Source: Paraphysomonas bandaiensis | Lineage: Eukaryota; Protista; Chrysophyceae | Reading direction: 5' to 3' | NCBI GenBank assembly: GCA_965644295.1 | Contig: CBFFRP010000141.1 | Coordinates: forward strand, 285,973-349,972 | Length of the DNA stretch: 64,000 nucleotides | Shown here: piece by piece, positions 54,201 to 63,433 of the stretch | Position numbering within the stretch: position 1 is the stretch's first letter | Layout of the letters: each line of letters begins with the position of its first letter | The notes under the pieces: generated by a model | What the model saw: the letters and a program-made list of their open reading frames with translations, nothing else | Database searches by the model: none | What the model was told of the DNA's origin: nothing | Position numbers and translations under genes: made by a program

Positions 54201-54845
54201 TCAATCCCCTTTTATTGCCGACACTATTTCATCTACAGCAACTTGCAAGCGCTGTCTTCTGATTTTCTTCTTGCTTGGCATTGGTTCATTACCTTCCTTT
54301 CCCGATTTGCAATCCTGGAAAAACGTTTCTGCTGTTTTGAGCTTACGCTTAAGTTTCATTTCTTCGCGTTTTCTCAATTCGTTTTGTAAGGCTTCTTCAG
54401 ATCCCCATTTCTTGTGTGCCGCTGCCTGCGCATGCTTGCGGAGATATAGCTTCATTGCAGTCCATGAACGATGGTGTGGATTGCGCTTTTCAGCAAATGG
54501 GAGGGAATTAATAGTAAAATCAGAGAGTAAATATTTCGAAGCCACATCGCTTTTTGTCAGCTGAGAGTATATATCTAAAGTGTGTGCACAGTGTTTGCAC
54601 ACTTTCTCTCCATATGATTCCAAATAAAACTTATCTAAACCAGTCATCCCACAACTATCACATATATCTTCTTTAGTCTCATGTGATTCATCAACACTAT
54701 TATCCTGTACATCACTCCTCTCTGATTGGCTCACTAAACTCACATTCTCTTCTTTCTGTTTCAGTTTTAAACTTCTTAATTTTAAAGCATTGAGTCGTTT
54801 CTCCTCAATACGAGCCAACACTTCAGGAGATAATTCTTGGTCCAT
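54201..54845 (-). CDS. XPA: DNA repair protein XPA/RAD14
   Basis: RIEEKRLNALK, zinc finger CDSC...VCKHC, LTKSDVASKYLL, NPHHRSWTAMKLYLR and KKWGSEEAL. Confidence 0.92.
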   Translation of the reverse strand: MDQELSPEVLARIEEKRLNALKLRSLKLKQKEENVSLVSQSERSDVQDNSVDESHETKEDICDSCGMTGLDKFYLESYGEKVCKHCAHTLDIYSQLTKSDVASKYLLSDFTINSLPFAEKRNPHHRSWTAMKLYLRKHAQAAAHKKWGSEEALQNELRKREEMKLKRKLKTAETFFQDCKSGKEGNEPMPSKKKIRRQRLQVAVDEIVSAIKGD

Positions 54846-55269
54846 AGTTACTATTCAGATCGTTTTGAGGGTAGAGTACATAGGTGATCAGGTGGAGGTG
54901 TGTAGTTGAATAGTACTGACAATGGAACACAGAGTCTGTAGAGACACATAGACACATGCATATATATGTACATGCATGTACAGAGCGTATGTGGTATATT
55001 CCATACACTACTGCCGCATCCAGCACTTTCTTTTATGTTCTGTTTTATATACAGTGAAATACAGTAGCATATGAAATACCACACTCTACGATTGTAGCAG
55101 ATATCTCTATACGATATACGTATATAGTATATAGTATATAGTATATGTACAGCAGCCAGTATATATAATGCTGTATATACATATATATCCACAGTGTACT
55201 TACTATAGCAATAGAAGAGAGATAATCAAAGCACTCCATTCCAGTCCATATATTATCATCTACATAATC

Positions 55270-57783
55270 ATGCTTAAATATTTATTTTATATATCATGGT
55301 GGATCTCTTTTGTTAATTCTCTTTCCCCAGTAACTCTTGAAACAAACTCTTCTAGTATTACAATACAAAATGGTTTTACTTATCTAGTGTATGATATATC
55401 TATACAGAGTATCACAACTTTATCAGCTGATTTTAATGGAAATGGAAAATATGGTCATAATATTTTATCATTACCATTTAAAATGGAAGTTGTATCAGCT
55501 GATGATGATGTACTATCTAATAACCGACGAGCTCCTATTCAGTTTACATATGATGTAGTGAGTAGGTCGAGTGACCGAGTTGAGGTTCTTTTATCTGGGA
55601 TATCCAATTCAGATGATAACCCTATTGCTGAGGAGTCATGGCGCTTAAGTTTGGAGCGTGGTCATAGATTTGTAGAGATTCAAATTTCTGGCTCGGCGCT
55701 TCGTCATGCGGAGGTACTGTCAATTCGACATGGTGTTTATACTGGCGCATCGTCCCTCTACGGTCTTTACGACCGTGGGTTAGTGCAAATGATGAACAAT
55801 ACGGATATGTGTTTTGGTTCGAGCGAGAGTATTTCTCGTGCCTATATGCTTGGAAACGATATGTCTCTTGACGTCCTTATCTCTTACCCTAACGAGACTC
55901 AAGGTACCAAGGCGTTCGATACCGTATTCCGTTCTTCCACATCACAGTTTTCCAGTGCTTTCGAACATGTGGTAATTGGATCCTATCCACACAAGAGTTT
56001 GTATATGGAGGAAGCTTGGGGTAAACTCTGTTGGGAAGGGGCTCTTCCTGTAACCTTGAAAATGGGTGAGTCCTGGTCGTTTACCTTGCGCCTGGGGCCA
56101 AATAACATGGACTTCCCGGTGTTTCCCGTCCCAACATATGCATCGCAGGCACAAATCCCGTTGACTGACCTGCGCACTTTCCTTACAGGCGCATATGCCT
56201 CGGGTCCAGGCTGCTTGCAAAGTTACTATGATATGAGGCAGGGCACAATTGCTCCTACAGTAGCACACCCGGACATTGGCTACTTCCCGGATACGAACTT
56301 CTTCGATCCGGATAATTTCATTTCTCTCTCAGCTATGTTATTCTCCGGTGATGCGTATATGCATAAGCAAGTAAAAGAGGTTTTGGAGCGTACGGCCAAT
56401 ACTATGTGTGGGATAGGATCCGACCAGGTGGAGGCTTACTGCAAAGGACGAAGCACCCGTACCCGACCCAGGAAAATGGTTTCGGCTCATCCATCTGCAG
56501 CTTCCCTTGATCAGCGGGCCGGGCAATTGATGCATCATTTTATAGACCTTGTTCCAACTTACGAGTCCATTGCAGGGTCAGAACAACTCGGACCGAATAT
56601 CTTTTGGTCGCTGTGCACGTTGCGATATGCTGCAGTAACTGGAGACATGGATTGGTTGGCGAGTATGGAGCCGTACATCGCACTCTCCTCCCACTTTCTC
56701 CTTTCCTTTTTTGACGAAGATATGGGCCTACTTCTCGTTCCGGGTCCGCTCTGGATCGATGTCTTAGTGCGAGAGAACTATACTTCTGACAGCAACGCTA
56801 TCGCCCCATTCGTCCTAGACAAACTCGCTGACGCCTTCTCTGCCTTGGATACTCACTGCTCTTCTTCATTACGGTGCGAGTCCAATCCTGAGCGGGGTAG
56901 ATGGGTGTCGGAATTGAGACGTGTAGCGAGTATTATTAAAGGGAGCATGAATTTATACTTGTGGGAGGACTCCCAAGACGATCACTACGTTACACAGTTG
57001 AATCTTGACCGGACAACTACCAGAGACTTTATTGATTATGACGCTAACCTATTAGCAGTAGCATTTGGCGTTACACCATCCTCACGAGTGGAGAGTGTAC
57101 TACAGCGCGTAGACAGCGGACCATATACCCATGTTCGGGGGACGTGGTGTAGCGAGGTGGCATATTCGGGAGATGCCGACGACTGCTACATTGTCGGAGG
57201 AGATGTGTGCGGGGACTCCGTAGTCACTCTGGCACGCATAGGTAGGACACTTGATATATCTTTGTGTAGCGCTAACGGTGTAGTAGGCTGGGCGGATGCA
57301 CATGCTCGCAAGCGTGTAGGAGATCTGGACACCTTTAACACGCTGCTTCTGGAGCCTTTACAGGAAGACCTCATCACCTACACGTGGCTTTACGAGCGGT
57401 ATGACAGTGCAGGAGAGCAGACTCGTACCCCGTTTTACTTTGAATACCCTTCACTGGTTACAATGATGCTATTCGAGGTCAGATATGGTATATACATCGA
57501 TGTGGATGCCGTTAGAGTAAATCCCTTCCCGGCACAAGATTTTACGTTTGCCTTTGGCAGTAATTATGTGCAGTACAGCCAAAATTACGTGGAACTTAGG
57601 TTTTCAGGGAGTGGAGTATTGAAAGTGTTTTATATTCATTCCCTTCAGCCTAATTCGCTGTATTCCGTCAACAATGACGGATGTATGGACAGAACTCAAA
57701 ATGTGAGAACGGACGCTGATGGAACACTACAGTTTGAAATGCATCTTTATTCGGATTGCTCTATTAAGATCAACGCGGAATAA
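55270..57783 (+). CDS. Secreted six-hairpin (alpha/alpha)6 glycosidase-like protein
   Basis: Signal peptide MLKYLFYISWWISFVNS, N-terminal beta-sandwich, YAAVTGDMDWL, LWIDV, MNLYLW...DHYVTQ, DFIDYDANLLAVAFG, WLYERYD and FEYP. Probable in-frame 45-nt intron at ~57242-57286. Confidence 0.72.
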   Translation: MLKYLFYISWWISFVNSLSPVTLETNSSSITIQNGFTYLVYDISIQSITTLSADFNGNGKYGHNILSLPFKMEVVSADDDVLSNNRRAPIQFTYDVVSRSSDRVEVLLSGISNSDDNPIAEESWRLSLERGHRFVEIQISGSALRHAEVLSIRHGVYTGASSLYGLYDRGLVQMMNNTDMCFGSSESISRAYMLGNDMSLDVLISYPNETQGTKAFDTVFRSSTSQFSSAFEHVVIGSYPHKSLYMEEAWGKLCWEGALPVTLKMGESWSFTLRLGPNNMDFPVFPVPTYASQAQIPLTDLRTFLTGAYASGPGCLQSYYDMRQGTIAPTVAHPDIGYFPDTNFFDPDNFISLSAMLFSGDAYMHKQVKEVLERTANTMCGIGSDQVEAYCKGRSTRTRPRKMVSAHPSAASLDQRAGQLMHHFIDLVPTYESIAGSEQLGPNIFWSLCTLRYAAVTGDMDWLASMEPYIALSSHFLLSFFDEDMGLLLVPGPLWIDVLVRENYTSDSNAIAPFVLDKLADAFSALDTHCSSSLRCESNPERGRWVSELRRVASIIKGSMNLYLWEDSQDDHYVTQLNLDRTTTRDFIDYDANLLAVAFGVTPSSRVESVLQRVDSGPYTHVRGTWCSEVAYSGDADDCYIVGGDVCGDSVVTLARIGRTLDISLCSANGVVGWADAHARKRVGDLDTFNTLLLEPLQEDLITYTWLYERYDSAGEQTRTPFYFEYPSLVTMMLFEVRYGIYIDVDAVRVNPFPAQDFTFAFGSNYVQYSQNYVELRFSGSGVLKVFYIHSLQPNSLYSVNNDGCMDRTQNVRTDADGTLQFEMHLYSDCSIKINAE

Positions 57784-58798
57784 GTTTCTAAGTTAAGGTA
57801 TAGAGTCTACGATGCACCGCATTTATACTCTATGTTTTGAAGCCTACATATCTATGTGCATTCACTGTAATAATAATCTCCTACATCTGTGAACCTCTCG
57901 TTATTAAACATATCTTGAAAGATCAAACTATTCATCATCAGCATTTGTACATCACTATATTTCACTGTACATTCAAGTGACATACTGAATATACTCGTAT
58001 AAGATCATATTCTAATAAGTAAGAAGGACCTTTATTAGGATTCAGCTTAAGACAAGATAGTATCTGTGAGTTATAATGTTCAATGAAATATATCATGAAC
58101 TGAATTAGAGAGAGTATCTGTTGAAGATACATGATCATCATCATAACGTCGTCATTATCAGTTACACTTCTAACCATTCCGTTGAGCATGATAGCTATGT
58201 TTTATATTGTTATCTATAACTCTCACTTTACAGACTCTGGTATCTCATACTTGTTAAGATGTTATCTATACTCGGTTAAGTAGTAGTTTACTATGGCACA
58301 AACTACTTGTTATCAGGGATAGGGAACAATATATTCTTGTATTGTAATATATTGTAAAATATATTGATTGGTGGACTGGTCAAATATTCCATCAATATCT
58401 AAAGTTGAAATATCTAAGTAGAGGTGCACGAGTCATGTAGTATGTAGTTGACAGTTGTGGCCGGATGCAAGCATATTTCAATCAATATTGAATGAATATG
58501 GTGATGATGATGTCATCGATGATGGCTCAGAGTACTAAAAATGGAAACTACGGATGTGTTTACTTACTGGGAAAAATTTAATTTTGGCCCTTTTTGGCCC
58601 TCGGCCCGCTAGGGCCCTCGGCCCGCATTTGGCCCTCTACTACAACTAACAATAATAACAATAATTCTTAATTAAAAACACACACAACACACACTACAAC
58701 CACAAGCAACAATAACGCACAAAGCAAAGGGCAGTATTACGCACAAAGCAAAGGGTCAAATTTAGCAAGAGTTATTAATATCTTAAGCAAGAGCAACT

Positions 58799-59436
58799 TT
58801 ATACCAAAACATTTTTCGGAGCTGGGTCTACTTCCTTCTGAGCTTCCTCCAGCTCATTAACTAAAACTTCTTCATTAATAGACATTCTGGACTCCAGATT
58901 ATCTACCCTACTGGCAGTTGCTACACACAACTTAGTGACGTTCTCCAAATTGAGAGCAATTCCCCGTAACATTTCCTTAACTTCATCTAACTCAGATGAA
59001 CCAACAGGACCCTCCGAATCAGACATTTCGATATATATCTATAATCTACAATAATGATATCTTCACTTACGTGTTTTACCGTTAGTAAATTTACTATGAA
59101 CAACTCAGGTCTTGCAACCTAAGATCACTGAAAAGATATGAAATGGTTGTTTATCGAAACAACAAAACAGAAAGCTATAATAATAACTCTTTAAGAAACC
59201 AACAGCCAGAAACACAAGCTCCCCTGTATCCTGCAATCTAAAGCTCCCAATAGACAGATCAGTCAACCAACTATGTTAATTTCATAGAGAATTATTATTA
59301 AAAACTAAGTTACAAGCAAAACGAAAGACAGACCCCTAGTCTAAAGACTCCTCCTCATACACAGGACATTGAATGCAACCACAACCGTACAATATGCTCA
59401 AACATGTACTACACTACATACGATTCATATCCTACA
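58799..59436 (-). mobile_element. Probable 5' fragment of an LTR retrotransposon: LTR-like ~59120-59436, PBS-like site, short gag-like coiled-coil ORF (58799-59026)
   Basis: On the minus strand the segment begins TGTAGG, runs ~316 bp to ...GATCTTA, then GGTTGCAAGACCTGAG (GGTT start, like half-tRNA-primed Copia PBSs), then a 75-aa coiled-coil ORF. No second LTR or pol. Confidence 0.4.
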
Positions 59437-60374
59437 TCGTTTATAGTCAAAAACCCCCTGAAATACGCCTAAATAGGTCTTTTCCAAAAACCTCCGATTT
59501 TTGAGTCCCAAAAAACCCAAAAATCCCCAATTTTTGAGAATTGCAGAAAATCGCCGATTTTCGAGCCACAAACACCCAAAAATGACAATCTTCGAATCCA
59601 CAAAAATTGCAAGCACATTTCATGACAACTGCAATCACATTTCAACCCGTTAAACATCGCCATTCCTGCGAACCAGTGTACAACAGACCTAGCCATCTAT
59701 ACATAGGGAAATTTTACCATCAGCATGCCTAGAACACCTATGCATCTGTGCCCAATGGCACCCTACGAATTCCTCCCCATTCCACAGAAAATCGATGGTG
59801 TGTGATAATGGGAAAATAATCGTATATCATAGTCCGGAACGATGAGCAAGCACATAGAGCTGTTCAAAACCATCAGAAAGCTTCTCATAATGATGAATGG
59901 ACTACGAATATCGCACATGCGGTACCAATCAATGTTTCCTAACTCAAATCGCTGTTACACCGACTGCTATATGGATATAGGTGTAAACCAACGGGTGGCA
60001 ATCACGTAGGCCCACGAAATTGTGTGTATCACTGCTTCCTAACCCCAATCGCTGCCGTATGCCTCCTCCTAATCACGCTGGTATTACTCATCCCCGTCGA
60101 AAAGCTCGTAGGAAATACAGAAGTCGTGTCCATGATGGTTAGTAAGTCTTGTTTCGTTCCCTTTAGATCACTCTAATAATTCAATCTATCAACTACTTAT
60201 AAAACTTGTTCATTCCTTCTCCATATACTATAACCGCCTATTATACCAATATATATCATCATATAAAACTACCAAGGGCGTTATAAAAGCCCACGGCTTT
60301 ACACATATCTATTTGCTTAATTTTATATAAAGTCATTTAAAAAAATAAAAATATATAGTATTATTATAACATAC

Positions 60375-60587
60375 ATGAACAAGTCAGAAAAGAATATTGC
60401 TTATCAGAAGCAATACTACAAGAAGAATAAAGACAAACTAATAGCTTATAATTGTAAAAAGGTTAAATGTGAACTATGTGACAGAGAGGTTTGTAAAAAC
60501 AGAATTAAACTACATTATAAAACTGCTTTATGTAAACGAACACAAGAAGAGAAAAAGATGTTAGAAGAAAGGAAAGAAATAAATTAA
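60375..60587 (+). CDS. Small basic zinc-finger protein (viral type)
   Basis: YQKQYYKKNKDKL...KVKCELCDREV...LHYKTALC (CxxC...H...C). Preceded by the shared promoter-like motif. Confidence 0.7.
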   Translation: MNKSEKNIAYQKQYYKKNKDKLIAYNCKKVKCELCDREVCKNRIKLHYKTALCKRTQEEKKMLEERKEIN

Positions 60588-60738
60588 TAATTATTATAAA
60601 ATGGTTTAAAAACTTATAAATATATATATAAAACCCCCAATTTTTCAAAATAATTTATTCTATTCAAAATAATTTATTCTATTCAAAATAATTTTAGAAA
60701 TAAAACCCCCAATTTTGTTTTTAAAACCCTCAGTTTTA

Positions 60739-60996
60739 TTATATTATTCTTACATGAATTTCATCGATCACATCTTCAAAATGCATGACAAATTCTTCAA
60801 AGTCTTTAATATTTATTGTATAATCATGCCAAAACAAATTAGGGTTAGAACTACGAGCGTTAAATTTAGAATGGTCTATTTCTTTAAAGAATTGTACACT
60901 ACGAGCGGTAAATTTAGAATGGTCTAATGATTCAAAGAGTTCTAAACAAAGTGGGCCACTTTTTTTTTTATACTTAATAATTACATCGATTAACAT
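60739..60996 (-). CDS. Small hypothetical viral protein with internal duplication
   Basis: ATG at 60996. DHSKFTARS and DHSKFNARS come from a 29-bp direct repeat spaced 48 bp, which preserves frame. Confidence 0.45.
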   Translation of the reverse strand: MLIDVIIKYKKKSGPLCLELFESLDHSKFTARSVQFFKEIDHSKFNARSSNPNLFWHDYTINIKDFEEFVMHFEDVIDEIHVRII

Positions 60997-61102
60997 TGTA
61001 TATATAATTAGAAAAGAAAACAAATTTATACAAAAACCCTATAAAACCTTGAAGTCTAATTTAATTATAGAATATAATAATGTTGTTATATTATATATAT
61101 AG

Positions 61103-62548
61103 ATGTCAATTTATACAAAGCCGAAAACAAGCAATAACGCTATTTTCAATGCAGAAAATCATAAACAGATTGAAACAGCAAGAGTGATATTAAATATGGC
61201 GGAATATGCAAGATTAGACAATGCTAAATTTACAGCGAACGTTGAAATCTTGAATGGTAATAACTCAACCATAAACAATGAACCCCAAACAGTGGCCTTT
61301 ACAGATTCAAAAAATAATATGTTGTCAGATATGAATACAAGATTATTAAACCTCACTGAAAATGAAATACAAACATTAGACGGTATAAATACCAATGAAA
61401 CTATACAATCACAATTGAACACATTGACAGCAAGTTTTAATGGCCTTGATGCTCTCCAAGATATAGACTTAATTAATATACCGAATTTGCAAACGGATGT
61501 GGCAAATTTACAAGCCCAAGATATAACATTACAGAACAATATAAATGCTAAACATGATATAATAGATGTGAATAATAAACTTGATTCATCATTAATATAT
61601 GACTCAACAGAATTAGATACAATTGATAATATAATAGTAAGTTTACAAGATCAAATAACTAATAATGACACTGATATAACAAACTTACAAACTCAAGATG
61701 TTACACTTCAAAATAATATAAATGCTAAACATGATATAATCGATGTAAATAACAAGTTGGATTCTTCATTAGTGTATGATTCAACAGAATTAAATACAAT
61801 GGATAATATTATTTCTAGTTTGAATGCTCAAATAGCAAGTAATGATACAGATATAACAAGCTTACAAACTCAGATTACTAATAACGATACAGACATAACA
61901 AACTTGCAAACTCAGATTACTAACAACGATACAGACATAACAAACTTACAAACTCAAGATACAACATTACAGAACAATATAAATGGTAAACATGATTTAA
62001 TCGATGTGAATAATAAGTTGGATTCATCATTAGTTTATGACTCCACATTTACTGATACAATTGATAACTTACTAAGTACAATAGACGGCAATATTACAAC
62101 ACTTGAAAATACAAAATTGAATTTAACAGGCGGAACAATGACAGGAAATATAACAACTAAACAAATAAGCGAATCCATCAGCACAACATATACGTTTTCT
62201 TCAAATGTGTTGACATATAATTATAGCAATGGTTCAATTATATATTTCAATGGTTTAACAAGTGATACAAATTTTGAACTTGATATAACGAATATTAATT
62301 CAAGTAACTTAATAAATACTTCTTTCACAGTTTCTGTTATAATAGACACATCAACATATAAGGCATATATAAACACTTTAAAAGTTAATACAGTTTCAGA
62401 AACTTTGAATGTGTCAGGAGGACTCGCAAATATTAATGTAGACGATGTGACAACATCAGGAGCAATATTGCAAACAATAACAATAATATATACTAACTCA
62501 GGAACATCACCAACGAAAGTAATATCAAATATAGGTTCATATTATTAA
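61103..62548 (+). CDS. Trimeric coiled-coil fibre/adhesin-like protein (putative virion fibre)
   Basis: N-terminal MSIYTKPK...IFNAEN. Three modules of LQ.QD.TLQNNIN.KHD.IDVNNKLDSSL.YDST. 14-aa QITNNDTDITNLQT heptad repeats. KLNLTGGTMTGNI hinge and a beta-rich C-terminal head. Intact 481 aa. Confidence 0.75.
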   Translation: MSIYTKPKTSNNAIFNAENHKQIETARVILNMAEYARLDNAKFTANVEILNGNNSTINNEPQTVAFTDSKNNMLSDMNTRLLNLTENEIQTLDGINTNETIQSQLNTLTASFNGLDALQDIDLINIPNLQTDVANLQAQDITLQNNINAKHDIIDVNNKLDSSLIYDSTELDTIDNIIVSLQDQITNNDTDITNLQTQDVTLQNNINAKHDIIDVNNKLDSSLVYDSTELNTMDNIISSLNAQIASNDTDITSLQTQITNNDTDITNLQTQITNNDTDITNLQTQDTTLQNNINGKHDLIDVNNKLDSSLVYDSTFTDTIDNLLSTIDGNITTLENTKLNLTGGTMTGNITTKQISESISTTYTFSSNVLTYNYSNGSIIYFNGLTSDTNFELDITNINSSNLINTSFTVSVIIDTSTYKAYINTLKVNTVSETLNVSGGLANINVDDVTTSGAILQTITIIYTNSGTSPTKVISNIGSYY

Positions 62549-62720
62549 AAATATTTATTCTATTCAAAATATTTTTTCAAAATAATTTATCAAAAATATT
62601 TATTCTATTCAAAATATTTTTTCAAAATAATTTATCAAAAATATTTATTCTATTCAAAATATTTTTTCAAAATAATTTATCAAAAATATTTATTCTATTC
62701 AAAATAATTTTTCAAAAATA
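62547..62720. repeat. 45-bp tandem repeat, ~3.8 copies, sharing subunits with the array at 60641-60695
   Basis: Unit AAAAATATTTATTCTATTCAAAATATTTTTTCAAAATAATTTATC. Confidence 0.92.
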
Positions 62721-62742
62721 TATAAAACAATTTAAAAAAATA
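62721..62742 (+). promoter_or_regulatory. Putative viral promoter motif TATAAAACAATTTAAAAAAATA (also ~63387-63408 and a variant at ~60326-60347)
   Basis: Recurs ~22-28 bp upstream of three plus-strand ATGs (60375, 62765, 63434), followed by a TA-rich spacer. Confidence 0.6.
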
Positions 62743-62764
62743 TTATATATATATATTATATATC

Positions 62765-62932
62765 ATGCCTAGAGAAATTAAAAGAAAGTGCAAACATTGT
62801 GGTAAAACTATGAAAAGAATAAACAATGATTGGAATTCAAGAGAATATCATAAGAAATGTTATAAAGAGATTGAAGAGATGAAGTCAATGATTATGAATA
62901 TGGAGAAATATAAGAAAGTGTATAATTTATAA
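62765..62932 (+). CDS. 55-aa Cys/His zinc-finger micro-protein (absent from ORF track)
   Basis: MPREIKRKCKHCGKTMKRINNDWNSREYHKKCYKEIEEMKSMIMNMEKYKKVYNL*. CxxC...HxxC. Preceded by the shared motif. Confidence 0.72.
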   Translation: MPREIKRKCKHCGKTMKRINNDWNSREYHKKCYKEIEEMKSMIMNMEKYKKVYNL

Positions 62933-62995
62933 ATTATGTTGTCATTATAGTTAGTTAGTATTATATATACATATGTATATGTAACGTTTTAAAAA

Positions 62996-63319
62996 TTAAT
63001 AGCCTTGTTCAGGTTTAATATAAGAACCGTGTGAATCATCATATTCTTTTAATAGCTTTTGTCTTTTCTCATAAGCTTTAGTTTTTTCAAGTTGTTCACT
63101 TGGTAAGTTTCTATTGATTGGATTCTTATAATATATTTGTTGTCTTTCACTGAGAAGTTCAACTTGTTTTTTTCGTTTCTGTATTTCCAAGTCTTTGATT
63201 AAGGCTTTATACTCTTCAATTTTTTTCGTAATGTTTGATATTTCAGTTTGAACTTGAGGTTTCTTTGTCTTTGGTATTGCGAAGAGTTCATTTTTTAAAC
63301 ATATAACAAAATCTGCCAT
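62996..63319 (-). CDS. Lys-rich coiled-coil hypothetical protein (viral segment)
   Basis: Intact 107-aa ORF divergent from the 63434 ORF, with a heptad segment ISNITKKIEEYKALIKDLEIQK. Confidence 0.55.
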   Translation of the reverse strand: MADFVICLKNELFAIPKTKKPQVQTEISNITKKIEEYKALIKDLEIQKRKKQVELLSERQQIYYKNPINRNLPSEQLEKTKAYEKRQKLLKEYDDSHGSYIKPEQGY

Positions 63320-63433
63320 AAAGTATATATAATAATGTTTATATAAAAAATATAGTTTTCAAATTTAATAAAAATAATAATTTTATTATAAAACAATTTA
63401 AAAAAATAATTTTATATGTATAATATATATATT

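Noticed and set aside
58315-58400. CAGGGATAGGGAACAATATATT as a third hAT MITE
   Set aside because: No matching right TIR or TSD found.
58543-58565. GGAAACTACGGA..GTTTAC similarity to 63957-63981 as matching element ends
   Set aside because: The match is short and does not extend, so it cannot be distinguished from chance.
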